Positions 27,935 to 40,636 of a stretch of 64,000 nucleotides of DNA are shown here, one piece after another. The stretch spans positions 260,400,001-260,464,000 of the forward strand of contig OZ024741.1 of the NCBI GenBank assembly GCA_964016885.1, given 5' to 3'. Positions within the stretch are counted from its first letter, which is position 1. Each line of letters starts with the position of its first letter. The notes under the pieces are model-generated. The model was not told the origin of the DNA and made no database searches. It saw only the letters and a list, made by a program, of their open reading frames with translations. The stretch comes from Eledone cirrhosa. Its lineage: Eukaryota. Made by a program: the position numbers and the translations under genes.

Positions 27935-30900
27935 GTTTCGCTTTACGAGTGTTACGACTTACGAGTGTTTCGACATACGAGTGTGTCGACTTCCGAATGT
28001 TTTTGCTTACGGGTGTTTCGACTTACGAATGGTTCGGCTTACGAGTGTTTCGGCTTACGAGTGTTCCGACTTAGGAGTGTTTCGGCTTACGAGTGTTTCC
28101 GGCTTACGAGTGTTTCGACTTACGAGTGTTTCGACTTTCGAGTGTTTTGACTTACGGTGTTTCGGCTTACGAGTGATTCGACTTACGAGTGTTTTGACTT
28201 ACGGGTGTTTTGACTTACGGGTGTTGTGAATTACCAGTGTTCCGATTTACGAGTGTTTTGACTTACGGTGTTTCGGCTTGCGAGTGTTTCGACTTACGAG
28301 TGTTTCGGCTTATGAGTGTTTCGACTTACTAATGTTTTTACTTACGAGTGTTTCGGCGTTCGAGTGTTTTGACTTACGAGTGTTTCGACTTACGAGTGTT
28401 TTGACTTACGAATGTTTTGACTTACGGGTGTTTCGGCTTACGGGTGTTTCGACTTACGAGTGTTTCGACTTATGAGTGTTTCGACTTACGAGTGTTCTGA
28501 CTTACGAGTGTTCTGACTTACGAGTGTTCCGACTTACGAGTGTTTCGGTTTACGAGTGTTTCGACATACGAGTGTATTGACTTACGGGTGTTTCGACTTA
28601 CGGGTGTTTCGACTTACGAGTGTTTCGGCTTACGAGTGTTTCGACTTACTAATGTTTTTGCTTACGAGTGTTTCGGTGTACGAATGTTTTGACTTAAGGA
28701 TGTTTCGACTTACGAGTGTTTCGACTTACGAGTGTTTCGGCTTACGTGAGTTTCGACTTAAGAGTGTTCTGATTTACGAGTGTTCTGACTTGCGGGTGTT
28801 CTGATTTACGAGTGTTCCGACTTACGAGTGTTTCAGCTTATGAGTGTTTCGACTTACGAGTGTTTCGGCTTACGAGTGTTTCGACTTATGGGTGTTTCGA
28901 CTTACGAGTGTTTTTACTTACGGTGTTTCGGCTTACGAGTGTTTCGACATACGAGTGTTTTGACTCACGGGTGTTTCGGCTTACGAGTGTTTCGACTTAC
29001 GAGTCTTTCGGCTTACGAGTGTTTCGACATACGAGTGTTTCGACTTACGAGTGTTTCGGCTTACGAGTGTTTCGAATTACTAATGTTTTTACTTACGAGT
29101 GTTTCGGCGTACGAGAGTTTTGACTTACGAGTGTTTCGACTTACGAGTGTTTTGACTTACGAATGTTTTGACTTACGGGTGTTTCGGCTTATGAGTGTTT
29201 CGACTTACGAGTCTTTCGGCTTACGAGTGTTTCGACTTACTAATGTTTTTACTTACGAGTGTTTCGGCGTACGAGTGTTTCGACTTACGAGTGTTTCGAC
29301 TTACGGGTGTTTTGTCTTACTGGTGTTTCGGCTTACGAGTGTTTCGACTTACGAGTGTTTTGACTTAAGGGTGTTTCGACTTACGAGTATGTTTGGCTTA
29401 CGTGTGTTTCGACTTACGAGTGTTTTGACTTACGAGTGTTCTGATTTACGGATGTTTCGACATACTAGTGTTTCGACTTACGAGTGTTTCGACTTATGAG
29501 TGTTTCGACTTACGAGTGTTTCGGCTTACGAGTGTTTCGACTTACGAGTGTTTTGACTTACGGTGTTTCGGCTTACGAGTGTTTCGACTTACGAGTGTTT
29601 TGACTTACGGGTGTTTTGACATACGAGTGTTTCGATACGAGTGTTCTGACTTACGAGTGTTCTGACTTACGAGTGTTTTGACTTACGAGTGTTCTGACTT
29701 ACGAGTGTTGCGACTTACGAGTGTTCCGACTTACGAGTGTTTCGGCTTACGAGTGTTTCCGGCTTACGAGTGTTTCGACTTCCGAGTGTTTTGACTTACG
29801 GTGTTTCGGCTTACGAGTGATTCGACTTACGAGTGTTTTGACTTACGGGTGATTTGACTTACGGGTGTTGTGAATTACGAGTGTTCCGATTTACGAGTGT
29901 GTTGACTTACGGTGTTTCGGCTTACGAGTGATTCGACTTACGAATGTTTGACTTACGGGTGTTTCGGCTTGCGAGTGTTTCGACTTACGAGTGTTTAGGC
30001 TTATGGGTGTTTCGACTTACTAATGTTTTTACTTACGAGTGTTTCGGCGTACGAGTGTTTTGACTTACGAGTGTTTCGACTTACGAGTGTTTCGACTTAC
30101 GAGTGTTTCGGCTTACGTGAGTTTCGACTTAACTGTGTTCTGATTTACGAGTGTTCTGACTTGCGGGTGTTCTGATTTACGAGTGTTCCGACTTACGAGT
30201 GTTTCGGCTTATGAGTGTTTCGACTTACGAGTGTTTCGGCTTACGAGTGTTTCGACTTATGGGTGTTTCGACTTACGAGTGTTTTTACTTACGGTGTTTC
30301 GGCTTACGAGTGTTTCGACATACGAGTGTTTTGACTTACGGGTGTTTCGACTTACGAGTGTTTTGACTTACGAATGTTTTGACTTACGGGTGTTTCGGCT
30401 TACGAGTGTTTCGACTTACTAATGTTCTTACTTACGAGTGTTTCGGCGTACGAGAGTTTTGACTTACGAGTGTTTCGACTTACGAGTGTTTCGACTTACG
30501 AGTGTTTTGACTTACGAATGTTTTGACTTACGGGTGTTTCGGCTTACGAGTGTTTCGACTTACGAGTCTTTCGGCTTACGAGTGTTTCGACTTACTAATG
30601 TTTTTACTTACGAGTGTTTCGGCGTACGAGTGTTTCGACTTACGAGTGTTTCGACTTACGGGGGTTTTGACTTACGGGTGTTTCGGCTTACGAGTGTTTT
30701 GACTTACGAGTGTTTTGACTTAAGGGTGTTTCGACTTACGAGTATTTTTGGCTTACGAGTGTTTCGACTTACGAGTGTTTTGACTTACGAGTGTTCTGAT
30801 TTACGGATGTTTCGACATACGAGTGTTTCGACTTACGAGTGTTTCGACTTATGAGTGTTTCGACTTACCAGTGTTTCGGCTTACGTGAGTTTCGACTTAA

Positions 30901-33368
30901 GAGTGTTCTGATTTACGAGTGTTCTGACTTGCGGGTGTTCTGATTTACGAATGTTCCGACTTACGAGTGTTTCGTCTTATGAGTGTTTCTACATACGAGT
31001 GTTTCGGCTTACGAGTGTTTCGACTTACGAGTGTTTTGACTTACGAATGTTTTGACTTACGGGTGTTTCGGCTTACGAGTGTTTCGACTTACGAGTCTTT
31101 CGGCTTACGAGTGTTTCGGCGTACGAGTGTTTCGACTTACGAGTGTTTCGACTTACGGGTGTTTTGACTTACGGGTGTTTCGGCATACGAGTGTTTTGAC
31201 TTACGGGTGTTTTGACTTAAGGGTGTTTCGACTTACGAGTATTTTTGGCTTACGAGTGTTTCGACTTACGAGTGTTTTGAATTACGAGTGTTCTGATTTA
31301 CGGATGTTTCGACATACGAGTGTTTCGACTTACGAGTGTTTCGACTTATGAGTGTTTCGACTTACGAGTGTTTCGAATTACGAGTGTTTCGGCTTATGAG
31401 TGTTTCGACTTACGAGTGTTTTGACTTACGGTGTTTCGGCTTACGAGTGTTTCGACTTACGAATGTTTTGACTTACGGGTGTTTTGACATACGAGTGTTT
31501 CGATACGAGTGTTCTGACTTACGAGTGTTCTGACTTACGAGTGTTTTGACTTACGAGTGTTCTGACTTACGAGTGTTCCGACTTACGAGTGTTCCGACTT
31601 ACGAGTGTTTCGGCTTACGAGTGTTTCCGGCTTACGAGTGTTTCGACTTACGAGTGTTTTGACTTACGGTGTTTCGGCTTACGAGTGATTCGACTTACGA
31701 GTGTTTTGACTTACGGGTGTTTTGACTTACGGGTGTTGTGAATTACGAGTGTTCCGATTTACGAGTGTTTCGGCTTATGAGTGTTTCGACTTACGGTGTT
31801 TCGGCTTACGAGTGTTTCGACATACGAGTGTTCAGACTTACGAGTGTTCCGACTTACGAGCGTTCCGACTTACGAGTGTTTCGACTTACGAGTGTTAAGA
31901 CTTACGGGTGTTTTGACATACGAGTGTTTCGATACGAGTGTTTCGACTTACGAGTGTTACGAGTGTTCTGACTTACGAGTGTTCTGACTTACGAGTGTTC
32001 TGACTTACGAGTGTTCTTACTTACGAGCGTTCTGACTTACGAGTGTTCCGACTTACGAGTGTTTCGGCTTCGAGTGTTTCGACTTACGAGTGTTCTGACT
32101 TACGAGTGTTCCCACTTACGAGCGTTCCGACTTACGAGTGTTTCGGCTTACAAGTGTTCCGACTTACGAGTGTTTCGACTTACGAGTGTTTTGACTTACG
32201 GTGTTTCTGCTTACGAGTGTTTCGACTTACGAGTGTTAAGACTTACGGGTGTTTTGACATACGAGTGTTTCGATACGAGTGTTTCGACTAAACGAGTGTT
32301 ACGAGTGTTCTGACTTACGAGTGATTCGACTTACGGGTGTTCTGACCTACAAGTGTTCTGACTTACGAGTGTTTCGACTTACGATTGTTTTTTTCACTTA
32401 CGGGTGTTTCGACTTACGCGTGTTTCGATTTACGAGTGTTTAGACTTACGAGTGTTTCGACTACGAATGTTCCGACTTACGAGTGTTTCGACTTACGAGT
32501 GTTTCGACTTACGGGTGTTCCGACTTACGAGTGTTTCGGCTTACGATTGTTTCGAGTTACGAGTGTTTCGGTTTACGAGTGTTTCGACTTACGGGTGTTT
32601 TGACTTACGGTGTTTCGGCTTACGAGTGTTTTGACTTACGAGTGTTTTAACTTACGGGTGTTTTGACATACGAGTGTTTCGATACGAGTGTTCTGACTTA
32701 CGAGTGTTCTGACTTACGAGTGTTCTGACTTACCAGTGGTCTGACTTACGGGTGTTCTGACTTACGAGTGTTCCGACTTACGAGTGTTTCAGCTTATGAG
32801 TGTTTCGACTTACGAGTGCTTCGGTTTACGAGTGTTTCGACTTACGAGTGTTTTGACTTATGGTGTTTCGGCTTACGAGTGTTTCGACATACGAGTGTTT
32901 TGACTTACGGGTGTTTCGACTTACGTGTGTTTCGACGTAAGAGTGTTTCAACTTACGAGCGCTTCGACATACGAGTGTTTCGACTTACGAGTGTTTCGGC
33001 GTACGAGTGTTTTGACTTACGAGTTTTTCGACTTACGAGTGCTTTGACTTACGAATGTTTTGAATTACTTCGACTTACGAGTGATCTGACTTTCGAGTGT
33101 TCCTACTTACGAGTGTTTCGACATACGAGTGTTTCGACTTGCGAGTGTTTCGACGTACGAGTGTTTTGACTTACGAATGTTCTGACTTACGGGTGTTTCG
33201 CCTTACGAGTGTTTCGACTTACGAGTGTTTTAACTTACGGGTGTTTCGACTTACGCGTGTTTCGACTTACCAGTGTTTCGACTTACGAGTGTTTCGACTT
33301 ACGAATGTTCCGACTTACGAGTGTTTCTACTTACGAGTGTTTCGGCTTACGAGTGTTTCGACTTACGA

Positions 33369-33437
33369 AAATAACAAATAGACGCGGTTTCAAATATCTA
33401 TGCTTTTCAAATTCATTACATTAATCTTTATTTATAC
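33369..33437 (+). repeat. 69-bp AT-rich element, copy 7 (CAAATATCTATGCTTTT)
   Basis: Same element with the ATATCT allele. Confidence 0.97.
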
Positions 33438-36400
33438 GTTTCGCTTTACGAGTGTTTCGGCGTACGAGTGTTTCGACTTACGAGTGTTTTAACTTACGGT
33501 TGTTTCGACTTACCCGTTTTTCGACTACGAATGTTCCGACTTACGAGTGTTTCGACTTACGAGTGTTTCGACTTACGAGTGCTTTGACTTACGAATGTTT
33601 TGACTTACTTCGACTTACGAGTGATCTGACTTACGAGTGTTCCTACTTACGAGTGTTTCGACTTACGAGTGTTTCGACTTGCGAGTGTTTCGACTTACGA
33701 GTGTTTCGGCTTACGAGTGTTTCGGTGTTTCGGCTTACGTGTGTTTCGACTTACGAGTGTTTCGACTTACGAGTGTTTCGGCTTATGAGTGTTTCGACTT
33801 ACGAGTGCTTCGGGTACGAGTGTTTCGACTTACGAGTATTTCGGCTTACGAGTGTTTCGACGTACGAATGTTTTGGCTTACGAGTGTTTCGGCTTATGAG
33901 TGTTTCGGCTTACGAGTGTTTCGACTAACGAGTGTTTCGGCTTACGAGTGTTTCAGTGTTTCGGCTTACGTGTGTTTCGACTTACGAGTGTTTCGACTTA
34001 CGACTGTTTCGGCTTACGAGTGTATCGGCTTACGAGTGTTTCGGCTTACGAGTGTTTTGACTTACGAGTGTTTTGACTTACGATTGTTTGGCTTACGAGT
34101 GTTCTGACTTACGGGTGTTCTGACTTACGAGTGTTCCGACTTACGAGTGTTTCGGCTTATGAGGGTTTCGACTTACGAGTGCTTCGGCTTACGAGTGTTT
34201 CGACTTACGAGTGTTTTGACTTACGGTGTTTCGGCTTACGAGTGTTTCGACTTACGAGTGTTTTGACGTACGGGTGTTTCGACTTACGGGTCTTTCGACT
34301 TGCGAGTGTTTCGGCTTGCGAGTGTTTCGGCTTATGAGGGTTTCGACTTACGAGTGCTTCGGCTTACGAGTGTTCTGACTTACGGGTGTTCTGACTTACG
34401 AGTGTTCCGAATTACGAGTGTTTCGGCTTATGAGGGTTTCGACTTACGAGTGCTTCGGCTTACGAGTGTTTCGACTTACGAGTGTTATGACTTACGGGTG
34501 TTTTGACATACGAGTGTTTCGACTTACGAGTGTTTTGACTTACGGGTGTTTTGACATACGAGTGTTTCGTACGAGTGTTCTGACTTACGAGTGTTCTGAC
34601 TTACGAGTGTTCTGACTTACGAGTGTTTCGACATACGAGTGTTTTGACTTACGGGTGTTTCGACTTACGTGTGTTTTGACTTACGAATGTTTTGACTTAC
34701 GGGTGTTTCGGCTTACGAGTGTTTCGACTTACGAGTGTTTCGGCTTACGAGTGTTTCGACTTACTAATGTTTTTACTTACGAGTGTTTCGGCGTACGAGA
34801 GTTTTGACTTACGAGTGTTTCGACTTACGAGTGTTTCGACTTACGAGTATTTTGACTTACGAATGTTTTGACTTACGGGTGTTTCGGCTTACGAGTGTTT
34901 CGACTTACGAGTGTTTCGGCTTACGAGTGATTCGACTTACTAATGTTTTTACTTACGAGTGTTTCGGCGTACGAGAGTTTGACTTACGAGTGTTTCGACT
35001 TACGAGTGTTTCGACTTACGAGTATTTTGACTTACGAATGTTTTGACTTACGGGTGTTTCGGCTTACGAGTGTTTCGACTTACGAGTCTTTCGGCTTACG
35101 AGTGTTTTGACTTACGAGTGTTTTGACTTAAGGGTGTTTCGACTTACGAGTATTTTTGGCTTACGAGTGTTTCGACTTACGAGTGTTTTGACTTACGAGT
35201 GTTCTAATTTACGGATGTTTCGACATACGAGTGTTTCCACTTACGAGTGTTTCGACTTATGAGTGTTTCGACTTACGATTGTTTCGAATTACGAGTGTTT
35301 CGGCTTATGATTGTTTCGACTTACGAGTGTTTTGACTTACGGTGTTTCAGCTTACGAGTGTTTCGACTTACGAGTGTTTTGACTTACGGGTGTTTTCACA
35401 TACGAGTGTTTCGATACGAGTGTTCTGACTTACGAGTGTTCTGACTTACGAGTGTTTTGACTTACGAGTGTTCTGACTTACGAGTGTTCCGACTTACGAG
35501 TGTTCCGACTTACGAGTGTTTCGGCTTACGAGTGTTTCCGGCTTACGAGTGTTTCGACTTACGAGTGTTTTGACTTACGGTGTTTCGGCTTACGAGTGAT
35601 TCGACTTACGAGTGTTTTGACTTACGGGTGTTTTGACTTACGGGTGTTGTGAATTACGAGTGTTCCGATTTACGAGTGTTTTGACTTACGGTGTTTCGGC
35701 TTACGAGTGATTCGACTTACGAATGTTTTGACTTACGGGTGTTTCGGCTTGCGAGTGTTTCGACTTACGAGTGTTTCGGCTTATGAGTGTTTCGACTTAC
35801 TAATGTTTTTACTTACGAGTGTTCTGACTTACGAGTGTTCCGACTTACGAGTGTTCCGACTTACGAGTGTTTCGGCTTACGAGTGTTTCCGGCTTACGAG
35901 TGTTTCGACTTACGAGTGTTTCGACTTACGAGTGTTTTGACTTACGGTGTTTCGACTTACGAGTGATTCGACTTACGAGTGTTCTGACTTGCGGGTGTTC
36001 TGATTTACGAGTGTTCCGACTTACGAGTGTTTCAGCTTATGAGTGTTTCGACTTACGAGTGTTTCGGCTTACGAGTGTTTCGACTTATGGGTGTTTCGAC
36101 TTACGAGTGTTTTTACTTACGGTGTTTCGGCTTACGAGTGTTTCGACATACGAGTGTTTTGACTCACGGGTGTTTCGGCTTACGAGTGTTTCGACTTACG
36201 AGTCTTTCGGCTTACGAGTGTTTCGACATACGAGTGTTTCGACTTACGAGTGTTTCGGCTTACGAGTGTTTCGAATTACTAATGTTTTTACTTACGAGTG
36301 TTTCGGCGTACGAGAGTTTTGACTTACGAGTGTTTCGACTTACGAGTGTTTTGACTTACGAATGTTTTGACTTACGGGTGTTTCGGCTTATGAGTGTTTC

Positions 36401-39400
36401 GACTTACGAGTCTTTCGGCTTACGAGTGTTTCGACTTACTAATGTTTTTACTTACGAGTGTTTCGGCGTACGAGTGTTTCGACTTACGAGTGTTTCGACT
36501 TACGGGTGTTTTGACTTACTGGTGTTTCGGCTTACGAGTGTTTCGACTTACGAGTGTTTTGACTTAAGGGTGTTTCGACTTACGAGTATGTTTGGCTTAC
36601 GAGTGTTTCGACTTACGAGTGTTTTGACTTACGAGTGTTCTGATTTACGGATGTTTCGACATACTAGTGTTTCGACTTACGAGTGTTTCGACTTATGAGT
36701 GTTTCGACTTACGAGTGTTTCGGCTTACGAGTGTTTCGACTTACGAGTGTTTTGACTTACGGTGTTTCGGCTTACGAGTGTTTCGACTTACGAGTGTTTT
36801 GACTTACGGGTGTTTTGACATACGAGTGTTTCGATACGAGTGTTCTGACTTACGAGTGTTCTGACTTACGAGTGTTTTGACTTACGAGTGTTCTGACTTA
36901 CGAGTGTTGCGACTTACGAGTGTTCCGACTTACGAGTGTTTCGGCTTACGAGTGTTTCCGGCTTACGAGTGTTTCGACTTCCGAGTGTTTTGACTTACGG
37001 TGTTTCGGCTTACGAGTGATTCGACTTACGAGTGTTTTGACTTACGGGTGATTTGACTTACGGGTGTTGTGAATTACGAGTGTTCCGATTTACGAGTGTG
37101 TTGACTTACGGTGTTTCGGCTTACGAGTGATTCGACTTACGAATGTTTGACTTACGGGTGTTTCGGCTTGCGAGTGTTTCGACTTACGAGTGTTTAGGCT
37201 TATGGGTGTTTCGACTTACTAATGTTTTTACTTACGAGTGTTTCGGCGTACGAGTGTTTTGACTTACGAGTGTTTCGACTTACGAGTGTTTCGACTTACG
37301 AGTGTTTCGGCTTACGTGAGTTTCGACTTAACTGTGTTCTGATTTACGAGTGTTCTGACTTGCGGGTGTTCTGATTTACGAGTGTTCCGACTTACGAGTG
37401 TTTCGGCTTATGAGTGTTTCGACTTACGAGTGTTTCGGCTTACGAGTGTTTCGACTTATGGGTGTTTCGACTTACGAGTGTTTTTACTTACGGTGTTTCG
37501 GCTTACGAGTGTTTCGACATACGAGTGTTTTGACTTACGGGTGTTTCGACTTACGAGTGTTTTGACTTACGAATGTTTTGACTTACGGGTGTTTCGGCTT
37601 ACGAGTGTTTCGACTTACTAATGTTCTTACTTACGAGTGTTTCGGCGTACGAGAGTTTTGACTTACGAGTGTTTCGACTTACGAGTGTTTCGACTTACGA
37701 GTGTTTTGACTTACGAATGTTTTGACTTACGGGTGTTTCGGCTTACGAGTGTTTCGACTTACGAGTCTTTCGGCTTACGAGTGTTTCGACTTACTAATGT
37801 TTTTACTTACGAGTGTTTCGGCGTACGAGTGTTTCGACTTACGAGTGTTTCGACTTACGGGGGTTTTGACTTACGGGTGTTTCGGCTTACGAGTGTTTTG
37901 ACTTACGAGTGTTTTGACTTAAGGGTGTTTCGACTTACGAGTATTTTTGGCTTACGAGTGTTTCGACTTACGAGTGTTTTGACTTACGAGTGTTCTGATT
38001 TACGGATGTTTCGACATACGAGTGTTTCGACTTACGAGTGTTTCGACTTATGAGTGTTTCGACTTACCAGTGTTTCGGCTTACGTGAGTTTCGACTTAAG
38101 AGTGTTCTGATTTACGAGTGTTCTGACTTGCGGGTGTTCTGATTTACGAATGTTCCGACTTACGAGTGTTTCGTCTTATGAGTGTTTCTACATACGAGTG
38201 TTTCGGCTTACGAGTGTTTCGACTTACGAGTGTTTTGACTTACGAATGTTTTGACTTACGGGTGTTTCGGCTTACGAGTGTTTCGACTTACGAGTCTTTC
38301 GGCTTACGAGTGTTTCGGCGTACGAGTGTTTCGACTTACGAGTGTTTCGACTTACGGGTGTTTTGACTTACGGGTGTTTCGGCATACGAGTGTTTTGACT
38401 TACGGGTGTTTTGACTTAAGGGTGTTTCGACTTACGAGTATTTTTGGCTTACGAGTGTTTCGACTTACGAGTGTTTTGAATTACGAGTGTTCTGATTTAC
38501 GGATGTTTCGACATACGAGTGTTTCGACTTACGAGTGTTTCGACTTATGAGTGTTTCGACTTACGAGTGTTTCGAATTACGAGTGTTTCGGCTTATGAGT
38601 GTTTCGACTTACGAGTGTTTTGACTTACGGTGTTTCGGCTTACGAGTGTTTCGACTTACGAATGTTTTGACTTACGGGTGTTTTGACATACGAGTGTTTC
38701 GATACGAGTGTTCTGACTTACGAGTGTTCTGACTTACGAGTGTTTTGACTTACGAGTGTTCTGACTTACGAGTGTTCCGACTTACGAGTGTTCCGACTTA
38801 CGAGTGTTTCGGCTTACGAGTGTTTCCGGCTTACGAGTGTTTCGACTTACGAGTGTTTTGACTTACGGTGTTTCGGCTTACGAGTGATTCGACTTACGAG
38901 TGTTTTGACTTACGGGTGTTTTGACTTACGGGTGTTGTGAATTACGAGTGTTCCGATTTACGAGTGTTTCGGCTTATGAGTGTTTCGACTTACGGTGTTT
39001 CGGCTTACGAGTGTTTCGACATACGAGTGTTCAGACTTACGAGTGTTCCGACTTACGAGCGTTCCGACTTACGAGTGTTTCGACTTACGAGTGTTAAGAC
39101 TTACGGGTGTTTTGACATACGAGTGTTTCGATACGAGTGTTTCGACTTACGAGTGTTACGAGTGTTCTGACTTACGAGTGTTCTGACTTACGAGTGTTCT
39201 GACTTACGAGTGTTCTTACTTACGAGCGTTCTGACTTACGAGTGTTCCGACTTACGAGTGTTTCGGCTTCGAGTGTTTCGACTTACGAGTGTTCTGACTT
39301 ACGAGTGTTCCCACTTACGAGCGTTCCGACTTACGAGTGTTTCGGCTTACAAGTGTTCCGACTTACGAGTGTTTCGACTTACGAGTGTTTTGACTTACGG

Positions 39401-40567
39401 TGTTTCTGCTTACGAGTGTTTCGACTTACGAGTGTTAAGACTTACGGGTGTTTTGACATACGAGTGTTTCGATACGAGTGTTTCGACTAAACGAGTGTTA
39501 CGAGTGTTCTGACTTACGAGTGATTCGACTTACGGGTGTTCTGACCTACAAGTGTTCTGACTTACGAGTGTTTCGACTTACGATTGTTTTTTTCACTTAC
39601 GGGTGTTTCGACTTACGCGTGTTTCGATTTACGAGTGTTTAGACTTACGAGTGTTTCGACTACGAATGTTCCGACTTACGAGTGTTTCGACTTACGAGTG
39701 TTTCGACTTACGGGTGTTCCGACTTACGAGTGTTTCGGCTTACGATTGTTTCGAGTTACGAGTGTTTCGGTTTACGAGTGTTTCGACTTACGGGTGTTTT
39801 GACTTACGGTGTTTCGGCTTACGAGTGTTTTGACTTACGAGTGTTTTAACTTACGGGTGTTTTGACATACGAGTGTTTCGATACGAGTGTTCTGACTTAC
39901 GAGTGTTCTGACTTACGAGTGTTCTGACTTACCAGTGGTCTGACTTACGGGTGTTCTGACTTACGAGTGTTCCGACTTACGAGTGTTTCAGCTTATGAGT
40001 GTTTCGACTTACGAGTGCTTCGGTTTACGAGTGTTTCGACTTACGAGTGTTTTGACTTATGGTGTTTCGGCTTACGAGTGTTTCGACATACGAGTGTTTT
40101 GACTTACGGGTGTTTCGACTTACGTGTGTTTCGACGTAAGAGTGTTTCAACTTACGAGCGCTTCGACATACGAGTGTTTCGACTTACGAGTGTTTCGGCG
40201 TACGAGTGTTTTGACTTACGAGTTTTTCGAATTACGAGTGCTTTGACTTACGAATGTTTTGAATTACTTCGACTTACGAGTGATCTGACTTTCGAGTGTT
40301 CCTACTTACGAGTGTTTCGACATACGAGTGTTTCGACTTGCGAGTGTTTCGACGTACGAGTGTTTTGACTTACGAATGTTCTGACTTACGGGTGTTTCGC
40401 CTTACGAGTGTTTCGACTTACGAGTGTTTTAACTTACGGGTGTTTCGACTTACGCGTGTTTCGACTTACCAGTGTTTCGACTTACGAGTGTTTCGACTTA
40501 CGAATGTTCCGACTTACGAGTGTTTCTACTTACGAGTGTTTCGGCTTACGAGTGTTTCGACTTACGA

Positions 40568-40636
40568 AAATAACAAATAGACGCGGTTTCAAATATCTAT
40601 GCTTTTCAAATTCATTACATTAATCTTTATTTATAC
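40568..40636 (+). repeat. 69-bp AT-rich element, copy 8 (CAAATATCTATGCTTTT)
   Basis: Identical to copy 7, 7199 bp downstream. Confidence 0.97.
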
